Positions 18,960-28,560 are shown, counted from the stretch's first letter. The stretch: 64,000 nucleotides of DNA from an uncultured Gammaproteobacteria bacterium (GCA_964587195.1 CAZPKN010000001.1:341-64340), one strand, 5' to 3'. Notes: generated by a model from the sequence alone, not told the origin. Numbers and translations: made by a program.

Positions 18960-19409
18960 ATGAAAATAACTATCTGCGCTAGTGTTGATTTCGCCCCAAA
19001 GATAAAAGAAGTAAAAGAGAGTCTTGAAAAAAGAGGCTGGGAAGTTAATATTCCTTATGTTTCTGAAATGATTATAAACGGCAAATTATTCTTAGAAGAT
19101 TTTTTAAGAGAAAAAGGGCTAAGTGGAGATATAGAGATTAGACGGGCGCAGAAAGTTGATATGATAAGACGTTATTGGGAATTTATTAAAAATTCTGATG
19201 CCATTTTAATTGTTAATGAAAGTAAAAAAGGAATTGATGGTTATATTGGTGGCAGCGTTTTAATAGAAATGGGCTTTGCTTATGGGCATAATAAAAAAAT
19301 ATATTTATACAACGATCTCCCAATTAGAAGCGAACGAATCCACTATTTAGATGAAATAATCGACATGAAGCCAATAGTGATAAATGGGGATTTAAACAAA
19401 ATTAATTAA
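18960..19409 (+). CDS. nucleoside 2-deoxyribosyltransferase-like Rossmann protein (tentative)
   Basis: ICASVDF...ILIV...GGSVLIEMGFAYGHNKKIY resembles the NDT/DUF4406 fold. Weak assignment. Confidence 0.3.
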   Translation: MKITICASVDFAPKIKEVKESLEKRGWEVNIPYVSEMIINGKLFLEDFLREKGLSGDIEIRRAQKVDMIRRYWEFIKNSDAILIVNESKKGIDGYIGGSVLIEMGFAYGHNKKIYLYNDLPIRSERIHYLDEIIDMKPIVINGDLNKIN

Positions 19410-19433
19410 TTTAAAAAATATAAAATCTTATAT

Positions 19434-19826
19434 ATGCCTAAATTAAGCAGTAATTTATATCGCCGCTGGATGTTTATCCTCGGTATTCTAGCAACCGTCG
19501 CCTACCGCATTATCGTTGTTTTAAACCATTATAGCCCCGTATTGGTCCAAATTGCCTGGTACGCCGGAACCATTGGTTTTGTTTGGTATTTTAGTCATCG
19601 TTTTAAAGTTGAAAATCGGCGCGATAAAATAATTACCGATAATGAGTTAGTTAGAAAAATAGAACAAGTCGAACCGCTTAGCCCTCAGGACCGCGAATCA
19701 CTCGCCTATGTTCTAAGAGGTTTACAAACCAGTCTTTCAAAATGGAATTATATCGCCATTTTCATTCTGTCGGCGCTCGCTCTAGCTTATGGCGTCTATC
19801 AAGACTTATTAGGGTTTCTAAAATAA
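19434..19826 (+). CDS. small integral membrane protein
   Basis: 130 aa with 3 predicted TM helices. Confidence 0.4.
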   Translation: MPKLSSNLYRRWMFILGILATVAYRIIVVLNHYSPVLVQIAWYAGTIGFVWYFSHRFKVENRRDKIITDNELVRKIEQVEPLSPQDRESLAYVLRGLQTSLSKWNYIAIFILSALALAYGVYQDLLGFLK

Positions 19827-19867
19827 CGCTCTTGACATAAATGTTAGAATAATATAACATAGAAGTA

Positions 19868-20269
19868 TTGTTAATTAATTCTAACATTATGACTCTTAAA
19901 ACTTATCAAAAAATTAAATTGGTCTTTGTGGTCTGCTTGTCCATGTTTTTTAGCTGGGCAATCTTTCTCGACAATTTCCTTATTCCGGTCGCCGTTATGA
20001 TCGCTAGCTCCTTAGTTCTCATGCTCCTACGTCGACAAGTAAAAGAAATAATCGCCGATGAAAGAGATTGGCAACTGGCCGGTAAGGCCGCCCTAATTGC
20101 CGTTCAGGCTTATAGCTGGGTCGCAGCCATTTTAATGTTTGTTCTCTATTCCTTGCGTTTACAAAACAACCTCTATGAGCCAATTGCCCTAACGCTCGCT
20201 TTTTCAACTTGCGCTCTCATGCTGATTTACGCCTTTACTTTCCGTTTTCTCGCTAAATATGGAAAATAA
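19868..20269 (+). CDS. small integral membrane protein
   Basis: 133 aa with 3-4 TM helices. Its stop overlaps the start of the downstream HTH-NUDIX gene. Confidence 0.4.
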   Translation: MLINSNIMTLKTYQKIKLVFVVCLSMFFSWAIFLDNFLIPVAVMIASSLVLMLLRRQVKEIIADERDWQLAGKAALIAVQAYSWVAAILMFVLYSLRLQNNLYEPIALTLAFSTCALMLIYAFTFRFLAKYGK

Positions 20270-20888
20270 TATTAAAAAACTGCGCCAAGAACTTGGCCTG
20301 ACCCAGGAAGACTTAGCCAGAAAAACTGGCGTCCGGCGAGAAACAATCGTCTTTTTAGAACAAGGAAAATATAATCCTTCTTTAAAATTAGCCAGCGATG
20401 TTGCCAATGTTCTTAATAAAAAAATTGATGATGTTTTTAAAACATTAACCAGCGGTAATGATAATCATTTTCATGTCGGAGTCTATGGAATTCTGGTTAT
20501 AGACAGGAAGGTTTTAATGATTAAAAAATCTCGCGGCGCTTATAAGGGTAAATACGATCTGCCGGGCGGAAAAATTGAATTTGGAGAAGAGACTGAAGAG
20601 GCTTTGAGGAGGGAGTTTATAGAAGAAACCGGAATAACTATAGATAGTTATAAATTCCTCGGCTACCAAGAACATTTCCAAGACTACAAAAACGACAAAG
20701 GCCAAGCTAGGCACCTGCACCACTTAGGGCTATATTTTCGGGTGTCCGCGCAAAAACAAGAAATAAAATCCGGTCCAGACGGTCACGATTCTCTAGGAGC
20801 GGAATTTATTGACACTAAAAAAATTAAAGACTTAAAAGTTGCCCCCATTGCTAATTTAGCCCTCAAAAATTTCTCTAAAAATATATAG
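20259..20888 (+). CDS. XRE-family HTH regulator fused to NUDIX hydrolase domain
   Basis: HTH_3 ([30 protein letters not shown]). Nudix box [24 protein letters not shown]. Confidence 0.7.
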   Translation: MENNIKKLRQELGLTQEDLARKTGVRRETIVFLEQGKYNPSLKLASDVANVLNKKIDDVFKTLTSGNDNHFHVGVYGILVIDRKVLMIKKSRGAYKGKYDLPGGKIEFGEETEEALRREFIEETGITIDSYKFLGYQEHFQDYKNDKGQARHLHHLGLYFRVSAQKQEIKSGPDGHDSLGAEFIDTKKIKDLKVAPIANLALKNFSKNI

Positions 20889-21133
20889 CATAATACGTAA
20901 TATATATTTTAGCTAAAAATATATTAAATTTAAGACTTTTTTCGTTTTTCAGATATAGCACATTGCGTACTATATCTTTTATTTAATATAAGGGAAAATA
21001 AATGTAAAATCACCCTTTTTTTGTATATAGTAAAATATTTACACCATTTCCTTGAAAAATATCCTTTTCCATGTTAAACTATTATCCTCGTATCTGCTGC
21101 TGCCATAACTAATCATTAATCATTGATTTTACT

Positions 21134-21715
21134 ATGGGTAGATATTTAGGGCCAAAACTAAGGAAGCGGCAGCGCTTCGGACTAATCGGCGAAGAAGCCA
21201 GTATACGCCGTCGGGGCGTTCAACGCCCGAGAAAAACAGGCTACGGCCTGATTCTGGAAGAAAAGCAAAAGCTTAAATTCATTTATGGATTAATGGAAAA
21301 GCAATTGCGCCGTTACGTGAGCGAAGTTTTAAAGGGCAAAAACGACCCGCAAGTCGCCCTGCTCCAAAAACTGGAATCACGTTTGGATAATGTTGTTTAT
21401 CGCTTAGGTCTGGCAAAAACCCGGGAACAAGCGCGTCAAATAGTTAACCACGGACACGTTCTGGTTGATAACCAGCGAGTCGACATCCCTTCTTATATTT
21501 TAAGAGAAGGACAGGAAATTCGCTTGAAAGACAAATCTGCTAAAAAAGTTTTCTTTAAGGAATTATCAGTGGCTAGTCGTAAAGAAAATGAACCGGCTGG
21601 ATTCTTATCTTATAACGAGTTAGGAGGAAGGTTTCTCCATACTCCGACTGAAGCAGATTTACCGAAAAACGTTGATATGGCTAAAGCATTAGAGTTTTAT
21701 CACAATATACTCTAA
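21134..21715 (+). CDS. rpsD: 30S ribosomal protein S4
   Basis: MGRYLGPKLRKRQRFG... S4 N-terminus and S4 RNA-binding domain. Confidence 0.9.
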   Translation: MGRYLGPKLRKRQRFGLIGEEASIRRRGVQRPRKTGYGLILEEKQKLKFIYGLMEKQLRRYVSEVLKGKNDPQVALLQKLESRLDNVVYRLGLAKTREQARQIVNHGHVLVDNQRVDIPSYILREGQEIRLKDKSAKKVFFKELSVASRKENEPAGFLSYNELGGRFLHTPTEADLPKNVDMAKALEFYHNIL

Positions 21716-21732
21716 CTAACTACAGTCAACTT

Positions 21733-21768
21733 AAAAACACCTCTTTATTGCAAGAGGTGTTTTTATTT
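21733..21768 (+). terminator. rho-independent terminator after rpsD
   Basis: aaaaacacctctttattgcaagaggtgtttttat. Confidence 0.65.
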
Positions 21769-21826
21769 CACGCTGACGCTCAAATTAATTAATGTTTATT
21801 GTGTAAAAAAATAGAAAGAAAAACTG

Positions 21827-22534
21827 CTAATTATTTTCCTCTTTTTCCACTTCTTGAATCACTGCCTTAGAAGATTTATAAAAACCAAGCACTAAGAATA
21901 TTACCAAGCTACCAATAATAATTCCTGACACATTAAGACCGTAAACAGCCAGAGCATCTTTAAAGACATCAGGCTCACGACTAGCCAAAGCTAACCCCAT
22001 GGCTGCCAATGGTGGCATTAAGGTTACAGTAATGGCAACCCCAGAAAGAGATCCTGTTAGGTCTTTTTTTGCCCAAGTAAAACTAGCCGCCGCTCCAGCC
22101 GCCACCGGAATTAAAAAGGTGCTCCAACTAAAATTTGCCATTAAAGTTACTACACCTAAATCTGATAAACTGAAATCTATTCCTAGCCCAATTACAGCCG
22201 CAACAACTAAGGTCACGAAAGCTGACACAATAAAAACGAACACCGAACGACTAATAACTTTGAAATTTAAAATAGTAATTCCTAAAGAAATTGATAAAAT
22301 CGGAGACAGAAGAGGCGCAACCAACATCCCTCCTATTAACAAGACTAAATTATCTTTAACTAAGCCAATTACAACAATAAAGGTAGCTAACACTAGGAGA
22401 AGATAGAACCCTGAGCTAGGCGCTGAAGAACTAATGATGGATGATGAAAAATCTTCCCTCTCCTCCCTGGTTGTTTTTAAAGAATACTTCTGCAGTCCAT
22501 TTTGAGACTTAAAAATTCTTGAAAAGATATTCAT
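21827..22534 (-). CDS. DUF389-family membrane protein
   Basis: Polytopic membrane protein with LIGGMLVAPLLSPI motif characteristic of DUF389/TIGR00341. Confidence 0.5.
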   Translation of the reverse strand: MNIFSRIFKSQNGLQKYSLKTTREEREDFSSSIISSSAPSSGFYLLLVLATFIVVIGLVKDNLVLLIGGMLVAPLLSPILSISLGITILNFKVISRSVFVFIVSAFVTLVVAAVIGLGIDFSLSDLGVVTLMANFSWSTFLIPVAAGAAASFTWAKKDLTGSLSGVAITVTLMPPLAAMGLALASREPDVFKDALAVYGLNVSGIIIGSLVIFLVLGFYKSSKAVIQEVEKEENN

Positions 22535-22756
22535 AAAAATGTTTATTACATTGTTATAGTTTAATAGTATATGAAAAATAGCCCATACTCAAGGCTATTT
22601 AAAACTTAACAATTTTTCTTTCCTCCGCTCGCCCGCTTCGTTGGAGCTTAGCGAGGCGAGCCGGCTGCTAATTTGAATCATCTATTCATATAAACCCGAC
22701 CACAGGGGTCGGGCTTATTTTTGGCGGAGGGGAATCAACGGTATTAGAAATAAAAA

Positions 22757-23887
22757 TTAATTGAAACAATTAAAATATTCCCAGAGAATGAAAACTCGGT
22801 TTCTCGAAAATCCTGTTTTTTCCTTTAATATATCTATATTCATTAATTCTTTGGTTAAAGCATTGGCCGTAGGAGTGGTTATTTTTAAAGCTTTCTCAAT
22901 ATCTTTAGTATCAACAACCGGATCAGTAAATAAATACATTAATAAATCTTTAGCTAATTTACTTCTTTTTCCCATTTTTTCAATAATGGCACATTCGTAT
23001 TTTTGTCTTAGCTTAATTATTTTTTCAAAAGTATTAATACCGTCTTTCGATGTAGTAATAACACCTGCTAGGAAAAATTTTATCCATTGTTCTATTTCGT
23101 TTGATTTTCGGACCATGGTTAAAGAGTCGTAATATGAAGCTCTGTTTTTTTCAAAAAAATGAGAGAGATATAAAGTTGGCTTTTTTAGTATTCCCAAGCT
23201 AACTAAATGAAGAGTTATTAAAAGTCTGCCAATTCTTCCGTTTCCATCTAAGAACGGGTGTATGGTTTCAAATTGATAATGACTTAAAGCTATCTTGATT
23301 AAATTTGGAATATCTAAATTTTCATTATGCCAAAATTTTTCAAGATCACTTAATAAATCCATTACCTGTGAGTCATGCGGAGGAATAAAAAAAGCGTCTG
23401 ACAAGCTAGATCCCCCAATCCAATTTTGGCTCTTTCTTATTTCTCCTGTTTTTTTGTGTTTGCCTCTGGTGTTGGATAGAAGAATTTTGTGGGTATTTTT
23501 TACAAGCCGCATCGACAGAGGGAGTTGCTTTAATTCGGCTATGGCGGAATTAATCGCCTTTACATAATTTTGAACTTCTTGCCAGTCATCTCTTTTTTCG
23601 GGATCAATGTCTTCTTCGGAAAGCAGAGCTTCATCCATTTCAGTTTTTGTGCCTTCAATTTTACTGGATAAAACAGCTTCTTTATACACATGCATTTGAA
23701 TAAAAAAATCCACATCAGGCACTAAAAAAGAATAGGCGTTGAGTTCGCCTAAATATCTAGTGGCTTCCTCTAAAAGCATATTTATTTTTTTATCTTCCCA
23801 AACAAAATCTTTGTTTATAGGGTTAGGGAGGAAGCTTTTATATTGATATTGTTGTTCAAAAACACCTGCTTTAAAATTATTATTCAT
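22757..23887 (-). CDS. Fic family protein, class II (N-terminal inhibitory motif SxxxEG present)
   Basis: Fic motif [15 protein letters not shown]. Upstream SSKIEGT fits the [ST]xxxE[GN] autoinhibitory helix. Flanked by tRNA-Asp-linked repeat modules. Confidence 0.75.
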   Translation of the reverse strand: MNNNFKAGVFEQQYQYKSFLPNPINKDFVWEDKKINMLLEEATRYLGELNAYSFLVPDVDFFIQMHVYKEAVLSSKIEGTKTEMDEALLSEEDIDPEKRDDWQEVQNYVKAINSAIAELKQLPLSMRLVKNTHKILLSNTRGKHKKTGEIRKSQNWIGGSSLSDAFFIPPHDSQVMDLLSDLEKFWHNENLDIPNLIKIALSHYQFETIHPFLDGNGRIGRLLITLHLVSLGILKKPTLYLSHFFEKNRASYYDSLTMVRKSNEIEQWIKFFLAGVITTSKDGINTFEKIIKLRQKYECAIIEKMGKRSKLAKDLLMYLFTDPVVDTKDIEKALKITTPTANALTKELMNIDILKEKTGFSRNRVFILWEYFNCFN

Positions 23888-24006
23888 AGCTTTAACTATA
23901 TTATTTTATAATTAAAGTTTAGCACTTAACTTTAATTAAGTCAAAACATAATAAAAGTTGAAAAAAGTAAAACAAAAAATCATCTAACATTAGATAATTT
24001 TTTTGA

Positions 24007-24310
24007 TGGCGGAATGGACGGGACTCACTACCCGGTCCTCCCGGTCCGCCCAGGGCGGACATCGCTCAGACTTTCTCGTCCCGACGCGAGCCAAACTATT
24101 GGCTCACTTCCATTCCGTATTCAAAAATAAACCCGACCACAAGGGTCGGGCTTATTTTTGGCGGAATGGACGGGACTCACTACCCGGTCCTCCCGGTCCG
24201 CCCAGGGCGGACATCGCTCAGACTTTCTCGTCCCGACGCGAGCCAAACTATTGGCTCACTTCCATTCCGTATTCAAAAATAAACCCGACCACAAGGGTCG
24301 GGCTTATTTT
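24007..24310 (-). repeat. tandem direct repeat, 2 x 152 bp; each unit has 20 nt of the tRNA-Asp 3' end, ~95 bp GC-rich sequence and a copy of the tRNA terminator hairpin
   Basis: Units 24007-24158 and 24159-24310 are essentially identical. tggcggaatggacgggactc equals the tRNA-Asp 3' end. Hairpin aaacccgaccacaagggtcgggcttattttt is repeated, and a diverged third copy is at ~22690-22745. Confidence 0.85.
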
Positions 24311-24387
24311 TGGCGGAATGGACGGGACTCGAACCCGCGACCTCCTGCGTGACAGGCAGGCGTTCTAACCAACTGAACTACCACTCC
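24311..24387 (-). tRNA. tRNA-Asp (anticodon GTC), CCA encoded
   Basis: Reverse complement GGAGTGGTAGTTCAGTTGGTTAGAACGCCTGCCTGTCACGCAGGAGGTCGCGGGTTCGAGTCCCGTCCATTCCGCCA. Near-identical architecture to E. coli tRNA-Asp. Confidence 0.85.
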
Positions 24388-24549
24388 AAAACAACAGGAA
24401 AATCATAGCAAAAAGTTTTCAGCTTGTCAAAGTTTTTACGGCTCCTAAAATAGCCGAAACCCCTAGAAAAACTTGCCAAAATAGGAATAATAGTATATAC
24501 TTTAATTACAAAAACTACGAGCTTTCTAGTTTTTTTAATTTACACTCAT

Positions 24550-24933
24550 ATGGAACACTTACTAAAAGAAACAACTCTGTCCGAAATTGAAAAGAATCTC
24601 TTAGACCAGAAAACCCGCCTAGTTAGCGACTTGGCTGATTTGGCGCGTCCTGATAGCCACGAAAGTGATAATACTGGCGCTAAGTTCCCTGAATACGGCG
24701 ACAAGCCAGATGAAAACGCCCAAGAAATAGCCGACTACTCGACTAATCTCGCGACGGAAAAAGTTTTAGAAAAAAGCTTAGCGGATATCGAAGCGGCCTT
24801 AGGAAGAATTCAAAAAGGAACTTATGGCGTCTGTAAATATTGCGGAAATCCTATTCCTGAAAAACGCTTAATTGCTAGACCGACTGCTAGTTCTTGTGTT
24901 GCTTGTAAAACTGAGCTCCAAGAAAATGAATAA
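24550..24933 (+). CDS. DksA/TraR-family C4 zinc-finger protein
   Basis: C-terminal CKYCGNPIPEKRLIARPTASSCVACK (CxxC-17-CxxC) with an N-terminal coiled coil. Confidence 0.65.
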   Translation: MEHLLKETTLSEIEKNLLDQKTRLVSDLADLARPDSHESDNTGAKFPEYGDKPDENAQEIADYSTNLATEKVLEKSLADIEAALGRIQKGTYGVCKYCGNPIPEKRLIARPTASSCVACKTELQENE

Positions 24934-25396
24934 ATTATTGTTAAAAAATATTCGATTTAATATAGCTACGGTTTTACTAGTAGCTATATTTTTTATTGCC
25001 GACCGCTATTTAAAAATCTTAGCTCTACAAAATTTCTCTGAAAAATCACACAATCTAATCGGCGATTTTCTAGCTTTTACTTTTACTCCTAATTATTATA
25101 TCGCCTTTTCCCTGCCCTTATCGGGATTATTTCTCAATATCCTGCTAATAATCATTATTACCGGCCTCATGCTTTGGCTTTTTAAAGTAATTAAAAAACC
25201 AGAAAATAATTACTTAATTTTCGGTCTTTTCTTAATTTTACTCGGCGCCCTAAGCAATCTTTTAGATCGCCTTGCTTATGGCTATGTAATTGATTATTTT
25301 TATTTACAATATTTTAGCGTCTTTAATCTTGCTGATATCGGAATAAGCATAGGGGCCCTTCTCGCTCTTATCGGCCTAAACAAAAAACCGAGCTAA
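24926..25396 (+). CDS. lspA: lipoprotein signal peptidase (signal peptidase II)
   Basis: 4 TM helices. Conserved SNLLDRL and FNLADIGISIG motifs. Start chosen at MNKLLLKN, overlapping the DksA-like stop by 8 nt. The longer ORF-track start at 24872 is rejected. Confidence 0.8.
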   Translation: MNKLLLKNIRFNIATVLLVAIFFIADRYLKILALQNFSEKSHNLIGDFLAFTFTPNYYIAFSLPLSGLFLNILLIIIITGLMLWLFKVIKKPENNYLIFGLFLILLGALSNLLDRLAYGYVIDYFYLQYFSVFNLADIGISIGALLALIGLNKKPS

Positions 25397-25420
25397 CTAG
25401 CTCGGTTTTTTTATAAATTA

Positions 25421-25600
25421 TTATTTTCTATATTCTGGATCTTGCATGCGCACTTTTGCGTCGGCCGCTTCTTCTGGCGTATCATACGTCTCAACTAAAC
25501 CAGTTACCGGGTCAACTACCGCATATTTTTGTTCATTTCTAGCTTCTTTATCCTTATCAACTGAAGGATTTTGTCCCCACATTTGTTCTGGACTGCTCAT
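25421..25600 (-). CDS. possible small protein (59 aa, MSSPEQMWGQNPSVDKDKEARNEQKYAVVDPVTG...)
   Basis: Minus-strand sub-60-aa ORF in an otherwise empty gap. Codon usage looks compatible with the genome. No homology assignable. Confidence 0.2.
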   Translation of the reverse strand: MSSPEQMWGQNPSVDKDKEARNEQKYAVVDPVTGLVETYDTPEEAADAKVRMQDPEYRK

Positions 25601-25804
25601 AATTTTTGCTAAAATGACTATAAATTACTTAAAATAGCTTTATAGACACTTAAATTAATTAATAATTATTTACTATTGACAAAAGTTAATTACTTTGCTA
25701 TTATACCTCAACTGGCTAAAATTGTCAAGTCAGTTATTCACAAGAGGAATAAAAAAATAGAATATAAACCATTTAATTTGAGGGCGCTAGGAGGGGCCCG
25801 AAAA

Positions 25805-26341
25805 ATGAAAACAGTTCTTTTAAATCCGTCGCGTAGCCTGCATCTCGGTAGATCTTTATCGGAAAGAGACGCAGACACGTTAATTGCCGAGCTCTTTCAG
25901 TTAAACAAAACTGAAGGGCCAATTTATCTGCAGATTAACAGTCCCGGCGGCAGTGCTCCCGGAGCTAATAAGCTCTATGACAATATTGTCAACAGCCCCA
26001 ATCCGGTTATTGGTGTTGTCGTTGGCGATTGCTTCTCAATGGCCGCCACTATTCTGCAAGCTTGCGACAGGAGATATGCCAGCAAGCATTCCCGCCTGCA
26101 CATCCATCACGTAACTCATCCTGGTTTTATCTTGCGTCATAACGACACAGTAAAAAGCTTGAGGAAAAAATTACTGGAAGGGATTGAGTTGGCGCAGAAA
26201 GACGACAAAATCTTAATTGATATTCTTGAAAAAAGAATGAAAATATCAAGAAAAGAAATTATCGCTATCATGGATAAAGATGAGGCAATAACGCCGGAAA
26301 GAGCGCTCGAAATCGGACTTATCGATGTAATTATTGATTAG
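25805..26341 (+). CDS. ClpP/S14-family serine peptidase-like protein
   Basis: INSPGG motif, Ser-containing GDCFSMAAT block, LHIHH histidine block. Start moved to the internal ATG preceded by aggagg, so the ORF-track N-terminal 43 aa are rejected. Confidence 0.55.
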   Translation: MKTVLLNPSRSLHLGRSLSERDADTLIAELFQLNKTEGPIYLQINSPGGSAPGANKLYDNIVNSPNPVIGVVVGDCFSMAATILQACDRRYASKHSRLHIHHVTHPGFILRHNDTVKSLRKKLLEGIELAQKDDKILIDILEKRMKISRKEIIAIMDKDEAITPERALEIGLIDVIID

Positions 26342-26388
26342 AAAAAGCGCCTTGGGCGCCTTAATAAATACCAGCTTTAGTTATTTTA

Positions 26389-26841
26389 CTAAAGCTGTTT
26401 TTTTATAGTCAATGCTCTTTTATTTTCCATTAAAGCTTTTAACTCAATCTTTAAAGTATTTTTCGGCCAAATATTTTTTATCTTCTCCGCCCATTCTATC
26501 GCGACAACTGTATCAGTGTCGGATAAAAATTCTTCTATCCCTAACGTTAATAAATCTTTTTCGGAGTTAAGACGATAAGCATCGATATGACAAAACTGTT
26601 TAATGTTTTTATTACTTTTAACGGAATATACTTTTAGAATATTAAAAGTCGGGCTATTAACAATTTCTTTAACGCCTAAGCCCTTCGCTAGCCCTTGCAG
26701 AAACTTAGTTTTACCAGCGCCAAGATTACCATAAAGCGCCAAAGTTACGCCGCTTTCTAAGTTTTTTCCAAAATCAAAACCCACCTGCCAGGTTTCTTGT
26801 TCACTTAAGGTAATAGTTTTTTTAATATTTTCTTTTTTCAT
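26389..26841 (-). CDS. tsaE: tRNA threonylcarbamoyladenosine biosynthesis protein TsaE
   Basis: LYGNLGAGKTKFLQGLAKGLG (P-loop), VNSPTFNIL, HIDAYRL: YjeE/TsaE hallmarks. Confidence 0.75.
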   Translation of the reverse strand: MKKENIKKTITLSEQETWQVGFDFGKNLESGVTLALYGNLGAGKTKFLQGLAKGLGVKEIVNSPTFNILKVYSVKSNKNIKQFCHIDAYRLNSEKDLLTLGIEEFLSDTDTVVAIEWAEKIKNIWPKNTLKIELKALMENKRALTIKKQL

Positions 26842-26856
26842 ATTCCTTAAATTAAT

Positions 26857-28101
26857 TTACGCATTTATTTCCTCCTGTCTTAAAAGCGACATCGCTAAAG
26901 AAGCTAAAGCGGCTAATAAGAAAATATAACGAAGCGATAAATAGGGGAGCAGGATGAGAATAAAAATCGCCATAATTACTTTACCAATTAAAATAGCCAT
27001 TTCCCTAACAACTGTATACTCATCAACGTAATGGCCTTGATCGGCGGCAATATCATAATTTAAAACGTCAAAAGATGTTCGAGAAAATACTCGGCTTAAA
27101 TTATGATAAGTTGAAAATAAGAAAACCTGAAAAGCACTATCAATTAACGCTTTTAAAATCCAACCAAGTGCATATAAAAAAGTCCCGTACCTAAGCAAAC
27201 GTCGACGATTAGAAAATTTATCTAAAATGCCTCCGAAAACCATTTGTAAAATTATCGTCGCTAAGATAATAACTGATGATAAAGCGCCGATTTGAAAATA
27301 ATCTCCTTTTAGAAGCTGCCAAATAAAAATCGGCCAGATTATCGAACCGGCGACACTTTCCGCCCCATCACCAGCGTAAGCGATTATGCTCGGGCGCATT
27401 TTTTTAGAAAAGAATTTACGCCAAGTCTTGCGCCAGCTCCAAACAAATTTTTCTTCAACCGCCGGTAAAAAACTAAAGGGGATAAGAGAAATTAGATAAA
27501 TAGCAATCGCTGTTAAAAATAAAACCTCATAGCCTAAATAATCAAGGACTAGTCCAGCGACAATCGGCATAATAGCGCCAATTGCCATCATGGTCGCTTC
27601 CATTAAGCTAAGCTGGCTAGCGCGCACTGTTTTTTCGGTTAATTTGGCGACGTTAGTATGAAAAGGAATCCAATGGCTTAGGCGAAATAGTAGCGTAAAA
27701 ATCATCGCCGGTATTACCCATATCCAAGCCGAAATATTTTCAAGTAAATCGCCGGCAATAACAAAGCGATTAATTAAAAAGAAAACTACATAATAAGCCG
27801 CCCCGAATAAAACACTAAGTTGTAAGGATTTTTTAATGCCTATTTTATTCATAATTCCCTTGCATCCGAAAATAACCAGCCCGGCGTAAAGAGCGTCAAT
27901 TATTAAGTAATAAAAAATTACCGACCACAGGCTTAAGTCAAAAAACTGGTATAAAAAAATAGGCAAAAACAAGCCCATTAACTGCGTCGCGGAGTTTATA
28001 GTTATACGACTAAAAAAAATCATCCGAAAATTCTGAGTCAGATTGCGGCCAATTATTTCGGCTTGAAGATTATAAAAAAAGCGGCGTATTATTCTTAGCA
28101 T
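26857..28101 (-). CDS. MFS transporter
   Basis: About 12 TM helices, MFS-like topology. Confidence 0.55.
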   Translation of the reverse strand: MLRIIRRFFYNLQAEIIGRNLTQNFRMIFFSRITINSATQLMGLFLPIFLYQFFDLSLWSVIFYYLIIDALYAGLVIFGCKGIMNKIGIKKSLQLSVLFGAAYYVVFFLINRFVIAGDLLENISAWIWVIPAMIFTLLFRLSHWIPFHTNVAKLTEKTVRASQLSLMEATMMAIGAIMPIVAGLVLDYLGYEVLFLTAIAIYLISLIPFSFLPAVEEKFVWSWRKTWRKFFSKKMRPSIIAYAGDGAESVAGSIIWPIFIWQLLKGDYFQIGALSSVIILATIILQMVFGGILDKFSNRRRLLRYGTFLYALGWILKALIDSAFQVFLFSTYHNLSRVFSRTSFDVLNYDIAADQGHYVDEYTVVREMAILIGKVIMAIFILILLPYLSLRYIFLLAALASLAMSLLRQEEINA

Positions 28102-28205
28102 AAATATTAGAAGATACTAGGATAATCATAGGGTTAATTTAGGAAAAAATCAATCATAATTTAGTTTTTTTTCGTAAACAAAAACACAGAATTTTATCCT
28201 GTGTT

Positions 28206-28473
28206 TTTGTTATGGGTGGGCGCACAAGCCTGCCTGCCGGCAGGCAGGGATTTCCGCCCTCGCTTTTCGCCGGAAATGCGAAAAGCTCACTTGTCCAGAC
28301 CGGCCGCTAAACGCTCGCCAACTCGCGTTTATCGTCGCTCCCCTTTTCGCTCGAGCCCTGCCTGCCGGCAGGCAGGTTCCGCTCTCGCTCAAGACTCGCT
28401 CGCCGCTAGTTCGACTACTATGCCGTTCCGGCATTAAACAAAAAAGAAGCCATTGGCTTCTTTTTTGTTTATG
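28206..28473 (-). repeat. tRNA-Val-linked GC-rich module with two copies of the 20-bp palindrome CCTGCCTGCCGGCAGGCAGG (28229-28248, 28357-28376) and a 12-nt copy of the tRNA-Val 3' end (28217-28228)
   Basis: tgggcgcacaag at 28217 equals the tRNA-Val 3' end at 28474. Region is about 60% GC in an AT-rich genome. Homologous to the modules at tRNA-Gly and tRNA-Ala. ORF-track ORFs here are artefacts. Confidence 0.6.
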
Positions 28474-28547
28474 TGGGCGCACAAGGATTCGAACCCTGGA
28501 CCCCTTCGGTGTAAACGAAGTGCTCTAACCAGCTGAGCTATGCGCCC
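28474..28547 (-). tRNA. tRNA-Val (anticodon TAC)
   Basis: Reverse complement GGGCGCATAGCTCAGCTGGTTAGAGCACTTCGTTTACACCGAAGGGGTCCAGGGTTCGAATCCTTGTGCGCCCA. Anticodon loop TTTACAC. Confidence 0.8.
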
Positions 28548-28560
28548 TTATTCGGGACAG

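Noticed and set aside
21999-22406. 135-aa plus-strand ORF
   Set aside because: It is fully antisense to the DUF389 membrane protein gene, which has the clear family motif.
22761-23567. Plus-strand ORFs 22761-23132 and 23295-23567
   Set aside because: They are antisense to the Fic gene (HPFLDGNGR motif on the minus strand).
24007-24310. Possibility that the tandem repeats here (and at 49711-50184) are a CRISPR array
   Set aside because: The units are 152 or 237 bp with no unique spacer segments. There are only two copies. Each unit begins with a tRNA 3' end, and no cas genes are present.
24003-24368. ORFs 24003-24368 and 24158-24352 (+)
   Set aside because: They span the 2 x 152-bp tandem repeat and tRNA-Asp. 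The duplicated peptide sequence merely reflects the DNA repeat.
24872-24925. N-terminal 18-aa extension of the lspA ORF in the track
   Set aside because: It overlaps the DksA-like gene by 60 nt. The internal ATG at 24926 gives a standard LspA N-terminus and an 8-nt overlap typical of coupling.
25446-25637. 63-aa plus-strand ORF
   Set aside because: Low-complexity Ser/Ala/Thr translation. A more plausible 59-aa minus-strand ORF overlaps it, and even that one is low confidence.
25676-25804. N-terminal 43-aa extension of the ClpP-like ORF
   Set aside because: The extension has no similarity to ClpP. The internal ATG at 25805 is preceded by aggagg and begins the conserved domain.
28201-28482. 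Two overlapping ORFs (78 and 90 aa) in the GC-rich region upstream of tRNA-Val
   Set aside because: They lie entirely within the palindrome-bearing repeat module. The GC-rich, Ala/Arg/Pro-rich translations are typical of non-coding GC-rich DNA. Homologous modules at other tRNAs do not conserve a reading frame.
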